Shown here: one piece after another, positions 1 to 8,639 of the stretch
Layout of the letters: each line of letters opens with the position of its first letter
Numbering within the stretch: the first letter of the stretch is position 1
Assembly (NCBI GenBank): GCA_965199825.1
Contig: OZ241329.1
Location: forward strand, 512,001-576,000
Origin: Bdellovibrionales bacterium
GTDB taxonomy: Bacteria; Bdellovibrionota; Bdellovibrionia; Bdellovibrionales; UBA1609
Direction: 5' to 3'
DNA length: 64,000 nucleotides
The notes under the pieces: generated by a model
Told to the model about the DNA's origin: nothing
What the model saw: the letters and a program-made list of their open reading frames with translations, nothing else
Databases searched by the model: none
Translations under genes and position numbers: made by a program

Positions 1-191
1 CGCGCAATTTCATAATGTCTTTTTAGCAGTGGAGTCTGGGAGAGCTGATCAATCATTTGATAAAAAGCATAAGGATCAAACACAAGAGTTTCTGCTTGTT
101 CAGAGGACTTAACCTGTAAATCATTCGGACTGGAGTAAGCAAAAGAAGACTGCAGAACCAAAGTAATTAACGAAATAAAAATTGTTTTCAT
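1..191 (-). CDS. Hypothetical secreted protein, partial (runs off the window start)
   Basis: Manual translation from ATG at 191: MKTIFISLITLVLQSSFAYSSP..., signal-peptide-like, open to base 1. Confidence 0.6.
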   Translation of the reverse strand, partial: MKTIFISLITLVLQSSFAYSSPNDLQVKSSEQAETLVFDPYAFYQMIDQLSQTPLLKRHYEIA

Positions 192-498
192 CAACTCGAT
201 ATACCGATCGGAATAAGATAAGGAAACAGAAGATTTTATAAATCACTATGACATTACATATTTCATGTGCGGCCGCCCTCAAAAGTTAAAAGAGTTTTTT
301 AAAGAATCCTTTTTGAAGGTAGTTAGACTAACTTCTTAGGAATATCTGGAGTTTTATTGTGTAATTAAAGGCCCACGCGAAAATGAAAAGTCTCACCACT
401 GCCGCCTTGAGCGGTGCACTCCTATGACTTGCTTTCGCAACGTCGCGCCTTCGCGTGTGGTGCCGCATGTTCATCTGCGGAAGAAGGCCTAGCGAATG

Positions 499-645
499 TC
501 GTGCCCGCTCCCAAGAAGATGATCGCGCTTGTAAACTCTGGCAGGACATTCAAATTCCTTTTAAGGATCGCATCTTATTTGTCGTGCCCGCTAGGTTTAG
601 ATTAAACAAGATTCTCACACCGCCGGAGTTATCATCGTGCCCGCT
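499..645 (+). repeat. Upstream motif array of HNH copy 1: three TCGTGCCCGCT
   Basis: Exact 11-mers starting at 499, 582 and 635, in gene orientation. Confidence 0.9.
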
Positions 646-835
646 TACCTAAATATTAATTAAATCCTTGACGACTTTTTTGATCCTTTTTTTAACGAGG
701 TAAATAGGCTTTACGACTTTCTTGATTTTTAAAGTCAAAAATTCCAATGATCTTTGTTTAGGGGCAAGAAAGTTGTACTTCTGATGATGCTACGAGTGCT
801 GTGGTTGGCAGCTGAAATCTCATTCTAAAATGTCG

Positions 836-860
836 TGGTAAACTCCTCCTTAAAGAGGAG
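836..860 (+). promoter_or_regulatory. Extended -10 (TGgTAAACT) overlapping an SD-sequestering hairpin ctcctc-cttaaa-gaggag
   Basis: Same arrangement upstream of HNH copies 2 and 3, with compensatory base changes. Confidence 0.7.
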
Positions 861-866
861 ATGTTT

Positions 867-1679
867 ATGAATCACGAAATCATTCACTTCAACGCGATGA
901 AAGCTGCCGATCGACACCGCCAAACAGAATTGCAACTGCTTAATTCTTTAGAAGAGGTTTGGAAAAACAGAACCTATTATAAATACGGATGTCGCTCATT
1001 GTTTGACTATTCAGTTTCAAAACTTGGGCTTTCTGAAGAAGTCGCGAGCATTTTTAATAAGCTGGCCAAAAAATTTACCGAAGTGCCTGAGCTTAAAACT
1101 GCGATTGCTTCAGGAAAAGTTTCGGTTTCGAAAATCAATCGAATCTGTAGCGTGGTGGACGAGAACAATGCTGAGTATTGGCTCAAGGTTGCTGAAGGCT
1201 CTAAAAGAAATTTGGAAAAACAAATCGCATTGGCTCATCCCGAAAAAGCTATACCTGAGCGGGCACGATTGAAAGCGGTGGGTGAAACATTGAGGGTAGA
1301 AATTAAATTTTCTGTCACCGAAGAAAAATTTGAATCACTCAAACGTGCGCAAGATCTTTTAAGCCAAAAACTAAGGCGACCAGCGACTCTCGAAGATTTA
1401 GTGAACGAAGCAACCCAGCTCTTTTTGGAAAAGCACGATCCACTAAAAAAATCGTGCCCGCCAACCAAAACCGAAACACTCAGTACTGTTGTAAAAAGAA
1501 AAGTGCATCACCAGTATCAAAGCCAATGCACTCATAGAGACGAAAAAGGCAATCGATGTACAGAACAGCGATTTCTTGACATCCATCACATCATTCCGCA
1601 ATCCGAAGGCGGCACACACACTTTAGAAAACCTCACATTGTTGTGCGCGGGCCACCATCGTGCCCATCACGTTCATTAA
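867..1679 (+). CDS. HNH endonuclease with N-terminal helical (DUF222-like) domain, copy 1
   Basis: C-terminal CTH..C..LDIHHIIP..GG..ENL..LC.GHH HNH/Zn motif. Start moved from 861 to 867 because of SD spacing and alignment with the paralogs. Confidence 0.9.
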   Translation: MNHEIIHFNAMKAADRHRQTELQLLNSLEEVWKNRTYYKYGCRSLFDYSVSKLGLSEEVASIFNKLAKKFTEVPELKTAIASGKVSVSKINRICSVVDENNAEYWLKVAEGSKRNLEKQIALAHPEKAIPERARLKAVGETLRVEIKFSVTEEKFESLKRAQDLLSQKLRRPATLEDLVNEATQLFLEKHDPLKKSCPPTKTETLSTVVKRKVHHQYQSQCTHRDEKGNRCTEQRFLDIHHIIPQSEGGTHTLENLTLLCAGHHRAHHVH

Positions 1680-1728
1680 ATGGAATATGCTAAGTATTTT
1701 AATCTGCTTGCAGACTTAGGTACGAAAG

Positions 1729-2226
1729 CTACGGCTGCGCGCGAAAGCTAGAATAAACCGCAAGCCGCTTTTCGAGATCCTTTAATCGCTCTTCCATTCG
1801 CGCGTTGAACTCGTTGAGTTTGGCTCGGAGTTCGGAGTTGAACTGCAAGCGGTCGGCTTGTTCTTTTTCGAAATATTCTTTTCGGCGTACACCTTGATCG
1901 GCGATCAGTGAGGGAGTGGTGCGACCTTCGCGCTCGACTTTTAGGGCTTTTGAGAAAGCTTCGGCGTTGGCTTTTTCTACCGCGGTGTAATGGGTGCGCC
2001 GGTTGCGGTCTTCGCGGTTGAATTTTTCGCGGGCTTCTTGCTGCATCGAAATAAATTTTTGTTTGATCTCGGCAGGCGGCAGATGTTGTGACATCCATTC
2101 TAAAACTTGTGCCTCATCTTCGTTATGGGCTGGCTCTTGGACGATGGGTTTTGGGGGCTCGATGACGATCTCACGCGACTTGCATCCAGCTAAACAAAGT
2201 AAGACGACTAGACTTTTAGTGAACAT
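1729..2226 (-). CDS. Hypothetical lipoprotein, coiled-coil
   Basis: LAGC lipobox, charged helical body. Confidence 0.6.
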   Translation of the reverse strand: MFTKSLVVLLCLAGCKSREIVIEPPKPIVQEPAHNEDEAQVLEWMSQHLPPAEIKQKFISMQQEAREKFNREDRNRRTHYTAVEKANAEAFSKALKVEREGRTTPSLIADQGVRRKEYFEKEQADRLQFNSELRAKLNEFNARMEERLKDLEKRLAVYSSFRAQP

Positions 2227-2297
2227 GGCAAATTCTTCCTTCTGACAAAAACCAAGATTAGATTGTTCAACACAAATGCCGCTCCGGACAATCTTAT

Positions 2298-2954
2298 TTG
2301 GGAGTTATCCTAAGAGGAATGATGTTTCTTAAAAGATTTCAGCCCACTTCGCTTTATTTGTCTCGACGCTCGCGCTTAGTCGATCGCGGGTTTCAGTACC
2401 GCTACACTTTGATCGTACTGAGTTGCGCCACACTCGGAACCGCTGCGGCCCTTTTACCCATTTATTATTTTACGAATCAAAATTATCAGATCTTTTTGCA
2501 GCTCGCTTCGGATCAAGCCCCTTCGCTTATTAATTCTTTGGAGCGCGAGCAAACGTGGTTGCAAATCATTTTGAGCACCACTCTGTTGGGCACGACCGTG
2601 TTCTTTTTTGTTTTGGGATTTAAAATTACCAATCGAATCATGGGGCCGCTCAAAGTTTTAAAAAACCATTTGAAACAAACCTGCCGTGGTAATTTTAAAC
2701 AAGCTCCCATCAAGGTTCGCGACAATGATGAGTTTCAAGATTTGATCGAGACCTACAATTATTTTTATCACTCGTGCCAACTTGCTTTAAAGCGAGACCT
2801 TGAGCTGTTAAGAAAAATTAAAGTTGATCCAAAAAATCGAGATGCTCATCACGCTTGGGTGATGTTGATTGAGGAAAAAACTCAGCAGATCGAAACTAGT
2901 CCTTCGACTTTCTTAAAGTCCGTTGAATCTCTCGATTCACGTCGCGTGTCTTAA
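2298..2954 (+). CDS. Two-TM membrane protein with HAMP domain
   Basis: Two hydrophobic segments then RIMGPL..L...GNF....VRDNDEFQDL HAMP pattern. Start may be 2319 or 2322. Confidence 0.7.
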   Translation: MGVILRGMMFLKRFQPTSLYLSRRSRLVDRGFQYRYTLIVLSCATLGTAAALLPIYYFTNQNYQIFLQLASDQAPSLINSLEREQTWLQIILSTTLLGTTVFFFVLGFKITNRIMGPLKVLKNHLKQTCRGNFKQAPIKVRDNDEFQDLIETYNYFYHSCQLALKRDLELLRKIKVDPKNRDAHHAWVMLIEEKTQQIETSPSTFLKSVESLDSRRVS

Positions 2955-3345
2955 CGTCTTGGCGCTTGTCGCCTTTTTTCTTGCCGCGAGCCACACCGAG
3001 CTCAAGTTTTGCGATTCCTTTTTTAAAATACATTTTTAAGCAAACACAGGTCAGACCCTTTTCTTGAATATTGACCTGAAGATCTTTGAGTTGGTGGGCA
3101 TGCAATAAAATTTTGCGTAGGCGCTCGGGCTCATGATTGTTGTAGGACGATGCCATATAAACGCCGATATGGGCTTTTTGCAAAAACGCTTCGTGACCTT
3201 GAAAGGCCACATAGGCATCTTTGAGTTGGAGTTTGCCATCGCGAAGGGATTTGACTTCGCTCCCCGTGAGCACCAGGCCCGCCTCGAAAGTTTCGATGAT
3301 TTCAAAATCGAATCGAGCTTTTTTATTTTCGGCAATAATCTTCAC
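2896..3345 (-). CDS. smpB: SsrA-binding protein
   Basis: NKKARFDF, EAGLVLTGSEVKS, NHEPER.RK.LL, GKK..DKR. Confidence 0.97.
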   Translation of the reverse strand: MKIIAENKKARFDFEIIETFEAGLVLTGSEVKSLRDGKLQLKDAYVAFQGHEAFLQKAHIGVYMASSYNNHEPERLRKILLHAHQLKDLQVNIQEKGLTCVCLKMYFKKGIAKLELGVARGKKKGDKRQDVKTRDVNREIQRTLRKSKD

Positions 3346-4106
3346 AGAACCTCATTATAAAGCATCAGAAATTGATTGGGAGTCAGTGCTTCAGCCCGAA
3401 TATCTAATGAGATCTTGAGTTTGGCAAAGACCTCGTCAAGGGCGCCGTAGACATTTAAATTGTTGATTAATTTTTTGCGTCGATGTGAAAACGCGACCTT
3501 TGTGAATTTTAAAAATCCTGGGGGTAAAGTTGCAATTCGTGAAAACTTTAAAACTCGCGATGAGATATTCGGTGCAGGATAAAAACATTTAGGTGAAGCA
3601 TCCACCACCCGCTCAACCTTGAAGGCGAGCTGGGCGATGACCGAGAGCAAGCCATAATCTTCGGTGCGCGGTTTTGCCATAATTCTTTGGGCCACCTCTT
3701 TTTGAAACATCAAAATCATATGTGAGATCTCTGTTTGTAGAGCTTGGTCGATCACCAAACTTGCCGCAATTTGATAAGGAAGATTTGAAACCAAACACGC
3801 ATTTGGTTTTAAAAAATTCCAATCAATTTTAAGCGCATCCCCTTCAATCACCTCAAAGTTTTTTTGGCGCCAAAATTCTGAAAACTGGGCATCCATCTCG
3901 ATCAGCAAAACGGGTTGCGGTAATTTTTCGGTAATTGCGCCAAGGCCTGGACCAATCTCGATCAATTGCGAAAATGAGAGGCTACTGACCGCATCCACAA
4001 TTTTTTGGATCACCGCGGTCTCGATTAAAAAATTTTGTCCAAGACTGCGCTTAGGCGTGTGATTGAGTTCTTCGAGTCGGGCTTTTAGAATTTGAAGTTC
4101 GCTCAT
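3342..4106 (-). CDS. rsmA: 16S rRNA adenine dimethyltransferase
   Basis: KRSLGQNFL, EIGPGLG, SNLPY, MFQKEVA. Start at MSELQ (4106), coupled to the tsaD stop. Confidence 0.95.
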   Translation of the reverse strand: MSELQILKARLEELNHTPKRSLGQNFLIETAVIQKIVDAVSSLSFSQLIEIGPGLGAITEKLPQPVLLIEMDAQFSEFWRQKNFEVIEGDALKIDWNFLKPNACLVSNLPYQIAASLVIDQALQTEISHMILMFQKEVAQRIMAKPRTEDYGLLSVIAQLAFKVERVVDASPKCFYPAPNISSRVLKFSRIATLPPGFLKFTKVAFSHRRKKLINNLNVYGALDEVFAKLKISLDIRAEALTPNQFLMLYNEVL

Positions 4107-5131
4107 TGAAATTCCTGTGGCGAAAGGCGCGCCAGTGGCCCCAATTCTTGGGTCGAAAATTGGCCCATGGCCATACGCTGAGCTCCTACATAGGCCACCA
4201 TCGCCCCATTGTCGGTGCAATAGCGCGGAGGTGGTATAAACATTTTTTTATTACAGCTCGCGGCCCACTCTTGGGCTTTTAGTCTCAAGCGCGAGTTGGC
4301 CGAGACGCCCCCGGTGATCACCACAGACTCCGAGTCGCAAGCCGCCTTTGAGAGTTTTGAAATTAAACTGTCGACAATAGCCTCTTGAAAGCTTGCGCAA
4401 AGGTTTGCTTTTTGCGATTCAATTTCAATTGCGTTCATGCCTCCGAGTTGTCGAGCCGCCGCCGCTTTTAATCCAGAAAAACTAAAATCAAAACTTTTTG
4501 GGATGGCTCGTGGAAAATCAAAACTTTTTGGATTACCTTCTTTAGCCAAGCGATCCACCGCAATTCCACCCGGGAAACCGAGACCAAGCATTTTGGCAAA
4601 CTTATCAAAAGCCTCACCTGCGGCGTCATCAAGAGTGCGGCCGATGATTTTGTAGCGCCCTATACCTTCGCACACATAAAGCTGGGTGTGCCCGCCACTC
4701 ACAGCGAGAGCCACGTAAGGAAAGTGAAGCTCGGACTTTGCAAATTCAGAATCGAATAAAAATGGCGCAAGCAAATGGGCTTCGAGATGATTGATTCCTA
4801 AAAATGGTTTTTTGAAATTGAGTGCCAAAGTTTTTGCTGTTACCACACCCACCAATAACGAGCCCAAAAGGCCTGGTCGGTTAGTGACTGCAAGTGCATC
4901 AATATCCTCAAAATTAAGGTCGATCTTATTTAATGCGTGCTCGATCAAAGGCAATAAGGTCTCTGAGTGATTGCGGCTCGCAATCTCTGGCACCACGCCG
5001 CCAAAAGGTTGATGAGCCAAATCTTGATTGGCCGAAACCAGCACATGCACATAGCCTGTCATGTCGACCACGCTGACCGAAGTATCGTCACAGCTGGTCT
5101 CTATACCTAAAACTTTTTTTATTGTGGTCAC
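4103..5131 (-). CDS. tsaD: tRNA N6-threonylcarbamoyladenosine transferase
   Basis: LGIETSCDDT, GGVVPEIASR, NHLEAH, VSGGHT, DDAAGEAFDK, CTDNGAM. Confidence 0.97.
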   Translation of the reverse strand: MTTIKKVLGIETSCDDTSVSVVDMTGYVHVLVSANQDLAHQPFGGVVPEIASRNHSETLLPLIEHALNKIDLNFEDIDALAVTNRPGLLGSLLVGVVTAKTLALNFKKPFLGINHLEAHLLAPFLFDSEFAKSELHFPYVALAVSGGHTQLYVCEGIGRYKIIGRTLDDAAGEAFDKFAKMLGLGFPGGIAVDRLAKEGNPKSFDFPRAIPKSFDFSFSGLKAAAARQLGGMNAIEIESQKANLCASFQEAIVDSLISKLSKAACDSESVVITGGVSANSRLRLKAQEWAASCNKKMFIPPPRYCTDNGAMVAYVGAQRMAMGQFSTQELGPLARLSPQEFQ

Positions 5132-5153
5132 AAGACTATGACCACTAGCACAT

Positions 5154-5786
5154 TTATTTACGGGCTTTGAGTAAAGATTTGGCCTTTTTCGCCTCTGGTG
5201 AGCTTGGATATTTTTCTACGACCTCTTCAAGAAACGTTTTGGATTCCGAAGTCATCCCCAATTCTTTAAAAGCCATACCGATTTTTAAACTGGCCTCAGC
5301 AAACTTTTTACCTTTGGGATTTTTCTCACGGTAGCGTTGAAAAATAACGATGGCCTCTTTGTACTCTTTGGCGTTGAAGGCGTCTTCGCCATCTTGAAAT
5401 CCATTTTTGTCGACTTTAGGAGCGGCACTTGGTTTTTTAAGCGAATCCAGCTCAGCATTAAGAGCCGCCACTTGGCTTTCCATTTTGACCAAGGCTTCTT
5501 CGTAGGCTTTGAATTTGTCGTTGGATTCGTCTTTGCCATGCAATTCGGTTTGTTTTTGGAGAGCGGTTTGAAGTTGAACCACTTTATTTTCGGCCTGATC
5601 CACCCGACCGTTGAGCACCCGAATTTGTTCGTCATACTCTTGCTCGCGCACAACTTCTTGAGCGTGGGTCTGCTGCATAGTTGAGACTTGGTCTTGCAGA
5701 TTGGTTTTTTGTTCTTGTTGCTCGCGCAGTTCGGCTCTGGTGGTGAGACATCCGGTTAAAAAAAAGCTTAGCAAAATAAATCTCAT
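5154..5786 (-). CDS. cpoB: Tol-Pal protein CpoB/YbgF-like lipoprotein (coiled coil + TPR)
   Basis: LTGC lipobox, coiled coil, TPR ending YPSSPEA, downstream of pal. Confidence 0.75.
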   Translation of the reverse strand: MRFILLSFFLTGCLTTRAELREQQEQKTNLQDQVSTMQQTHAQEVVREQEYDEQIRVLNGRVDQAENKVVQLQTALQKQTELHGKDESNDKFKAYEEALVKMESQVAALNAELDSLKKPSAAPKVDKNGFQDGEDAFNAKEYKEAIVIFQRYREKNPKGKKFAEASLKIGMAFKELGMTSESKTFLEEVVEKYPSSPEAKKAKSLLKARK

Positions 5787-6085
5787 GGAGGTGCTCCTTG
5801 GCCGCTCATAAACTTTTTAACTCGTGCGGCGGTCTCGGCTTTTTCGGCCGTTTTAAGTGCGCTTAAAAAAAGTGGTCGCGCTTTATCAAAATTATTATCG
5901 TGGTAGTTGCGTTCAGCTTGGCGAAAGTATTCATCAGCTTGTGCCCAGATCAGGGGTGATAGGCGCGGGGCATCGGCCTCCCGAGCGCTTTTGACTGCAG
6001 CTCGGGCCAGCACGTAATCCTCATATGGCGGGGGCGATGCACAACCGACCAGCCCTGCCAACGTGAAGAAAACAACGAATCTCAT
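5783..6085 (-). CDS. DUF4398-like lipoprotein
   Basis: LVGC lipobox, Ala-rich helices, next to an OmpA-family gene. Confidence 0.65.
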   Translation of the reverse strand: MRFVVFFTLAGLVGCASPPPYEDYVLARAAVKSAREADAPRLSPLIWAQADEYFRQAERNYHDNNFDKARPLFLSALKTAEKAETAARVKKFMSGQGAPP

Positions 6086-6601
6086 TTATTTAGGTAATGG
6101 AACAAAATTAGCGCGACGGTTTTTAGCCATACCCGCTTCGGTATTGGAAGTATCAAGTGGCTTTTCTTTTCCGTAAGAAATAATTGTCAAGCGATTGGCA
6201 CTGATGCCCAATGACTGAAGATAATTTTTAACCGCTTTTGCACGACGCTCACCCAATGCCAAATTGTATTCGACAGATCCACGCTCATCGGTGTGACCTT
6301 CAACTTGAACCGTGGCTGAAGAATTATTTTTGATCCACTCGGCATTGCTTGCCAAAGTTTTGCGAGCTTCAGAACTGATCGATGCATCATCATAAGAAAA
6401 ATGCACGGTCTGTAGACCTTTGATATTGCCGCTATCTGATCCCTGAGCATCAAATTGCATATCTTTTGCGCCGATGTTGCTATCTGCAGACACATCGCCA
6501 TTGCCGGCTTGATCATTCGCTTGTTTTTTACTACCGCACGCTACGCTGAATGCGAAAGCTAAGCTGAGAATTGAAAGATTGAGGACCCGAGTGAATTTCA
6601 T
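6086..6601 (-). CDS. pal: Peptidoglycan-associated lipoprotein
   Basis: Lipobox VAC, EGHTDERGSVEYNLALGERRA, SYGKEKP, KNRR. Confidence 0.95.
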   Translation of the reverse strand: MKFTRVLNLSILSLAFAFSVACGSKKQANDQAGNGDVSADSNIGAKDMQFDAQGSDSGNIKGLQTVHFSYDDASISSEARKTLASNAEWIKNNSSATVQVEGHTDERGSVEYNLALGERRAKAVKNYLQSLGISANRLTIISYGKEKPLDTSNTEAGMAKNRRANFVPLPK

Positions 6602-6780
6602 AGTTGTCTCCTTAATATGGTTATACGCTGCCTATTCTAGAAGACTCAGCATTTTTGTCAAACTGAAGGGCACTTGCGCGAGATTTTTATTTTGAATTTT
6701 TAGAATCTGGTGACGAGGTCACTTGCTTGACTTTCAAGCTTCAACACGAAATCATGATGCTGCGCGGAGGGAATTTAAAA

Positions 6781-7284
6781 ATGGATAAGCTCGATTGGAT
6801 TAAAGAGCTCGTGTTAGCCGAACAACAGATGGAAGAATCTGGGGTTGTCGACTTCACCGCAGGATTCGATCCACAGCTTTTGCTCGAAACCCAAACTCTC
6901 GAGTTTATGAATAACCTCAAATCCGCACTGGTTGATGCCTCATCGGCGTTCAATCAAATGAAACCCTCGGCACTTGGACATATCAAAACTTACGGAATCT
7001 CAAAAACCAAAGCCGATTTTATGTTGTTTCGTAACGGCTACAAATTGATCTTTTCGGTTCGCCAACCCGGTATGATCGGGATTCGTTTGCACACGCTTTC
7101 GTCCACTTATCTTCCCGGCGCAGCCTCGATGGAAGAATCTCTTGAGCAAGCGAGCGAAGATTATTTAAAAGCCCGTTGGGGCGCTTTTGGTGAGCTCAAG
7201 TGGACCTACAAAGATCATCCTGTGAATATCGAGTATATGGTGCGGTATTACATGACCCGGTTTATTCGCGAGAGTACGCGCTAG
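6781..7284 (+). CDS. Hypothetical protein
   Basis: Clean ORF with SD GGAGG before ATG 6781. Confidence 0.7.
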   Translation: MDKLDWIKELVLAEQQMEESGVVDFTAGFDPQLLLETQTLEFMNNLKSALVDASSAFNQMKPSALGHIKTYGISKTKADFMLFRNGYKLIFSVRQPGMIGIRLHTLSSTYLPGAASMEESLEQASEDYLKARWGAFGELKWTYKDHPVNIEYMVRYYMTRFIRESTR

Positions 7285-7310
7285 CGAGTAAGGGTTGGAG
7301 AACGGATTTA

Positions 7311-8009
7311 TTAAATCGCTTGCCTCTTAATCGCTTTCTCAAGCAGCACATTCAGACGCAGAGCCTGAACAAAATCAAGTTCGACCTCATCAACAAAGGT
7401 TTTGGAACTAAAAAGCTTTATCGGAATTTCTTTAATTACTATAAATCTTTTAAGTTTAATTAATTCTTTGTCTTGGCTTTCGGGATCGAATCCTCTTGGA
7501 ACTTTTTTTTGTTTTTCAGACTCATCAAAGCCATTTTTGAATCTGGATTTGAATGCTTTGTTTTTGAGAAGCATCTTAAAAGGAGTGGCATCGTTCGCCA
7601 TGGCCTCACGGATCGCCCGAAGCTGACGAGAGCTTGGAAAGTAAAGGCCGCCCGCCACAATAATTCCATTAAATTCAGGTCCGTTTGGAAACATCCCGAA
7701 AAAGAGATGAGGATGTTGCTCAAAGCGGAGCACACTTGGTTTTGCAATTGAAAGCGACAAATAGTTTTTATTTACAGGCTCGCCTTTGCCGATCTTATGA
7801 GAGGGGCGCTTGATGCGCCCTATCCCCTTGGTGGGAAAGTGATAACCATGCGCTTTTAACGCCAGCCGATTTTTAAGCTCACAAGCGAGTTCGGTAAAGG
7901 GCTCTTTGACCCATTTTAAATAATCTTTTTGGTGTTTGGTTAACCACTCTTGATCTTTTTGACGGCCGGCTTGTGAGAGAAAATCGAGAGTCTTTTTTGA
8001 AAATGGCAT
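7311..8009 (-). CDS. DUF2461 family protein
   Basis: F...TLDFL...W...H..Y, GG.Y.P....L..IR, KKVPRGF pattern. Confidence 0.75.
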   Translation of the reverse strand: MPFSKKTLDFLSQAGRQKDQEWLTKHQKDYLKWVKEPFTELACELKNRLALKAHGYHFPTKGIGRIKRPSHKIGKGEPVNKNYLSLSIAKPSVLRFEQHPHLFFGMFPNGPEFNGIIVAGGLYFPSSRQLRAIREAMANDATPFKMLLKNKAFKSRFKNGFDESEKQKKVPRGFDPESQDKELIKLKRFIVIKEIPIKLFSSKTFVDEVELDFVQALRLNVLLEKAIKRQAI

Positions 8010-8066
8010 TGGGTTCCTCTGGTGCTCGGATGATACCCAAATTTTTTAGTTTTTGAACAGAGATTA

Positions 8067-8585
8067 TTAAGTCTTCGCCCAAGCCGGCAATTGCTCCACA
8101 TCAAACATCAACTGGGTGCGGTTCACTTTCGCGATAAATTCCAACTGCTCGCGTGGCAAATCCACTTGATTGGCGATGGCCTCGATGTCTTGGCCCCGAT
8201 GGGCGAGTTGGGCGGCTTTGACATACTTGATTGTGTTTTGGCGCTCGATGATCTCTTCGTGGGGAATGCGGTCTTGAAAAATTTCGGCAACTTCGCGGCT
8301 GCGCTCCATGCTGCCCTCAACTTCGCGAATCACCTTTTCGGCTTCAAAAAGTTTGGTTTGGAGTGAGCGAGATTTTTGATCGATCAAGTCGGTCAGCTGA
8401 GTCACTTGTTTTTCGGTGCGATCAGAAAGATCTTCTAATATCGCAATCTTGCTTGTGAGGAGTTGAAGACCTTTTGAGAGACGCGCGTCTTCTTTGGGCG
8501 AGCGCTTGGATCTTTGCCACAAAATGAGCGAAGATCCAATTAACGACAAATTTAATACGAGTTGTAAAAGCAGCCAAACAGTCAT
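8067..8585 (-). CDS. Membrane-anchored coiled-coil protein (DUF2802-like C-terminus)
   Basis: N-terminal TM, coiled coil, Y..AAQLA..G....IA....L...LE tail. Confidence 0.55.
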   Translation of the reverse strand: MTVWLLLQLVLNLSLIGSSLILWQRSKRSPKEDARLSKGLQLLTSKIAILEDLSDRTEKQVTQLTDLIDQKSRSLQTKLFEAEKVIREVEGSMERSREVAEIFQDRIPHEEIIERQNTIKYVKAAQLAHRGQDIEAIANQVDLPREQLEFIAKVNRTQLMFDVEQLPAWAKT

Positions 8586-8639
8586 CTCTCTATCTTAAAG
8601 CACGGTGTAAATGCCGCGCAATAAGACGAAGGTATAACT

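Noticed and set aside
867..1679. IscB/Cas9-like or group II intron-encoded nuclease
   Set aside because: No RuvC motifs, PLMP start or reverse-transcriptase domain, and the protein is too short
1686..1692. tatgcta shortly after the stop of HNH copies 1 and 3, as a possible element end
   Set aside because: Only 7 bp in two copies, too weak without more loci
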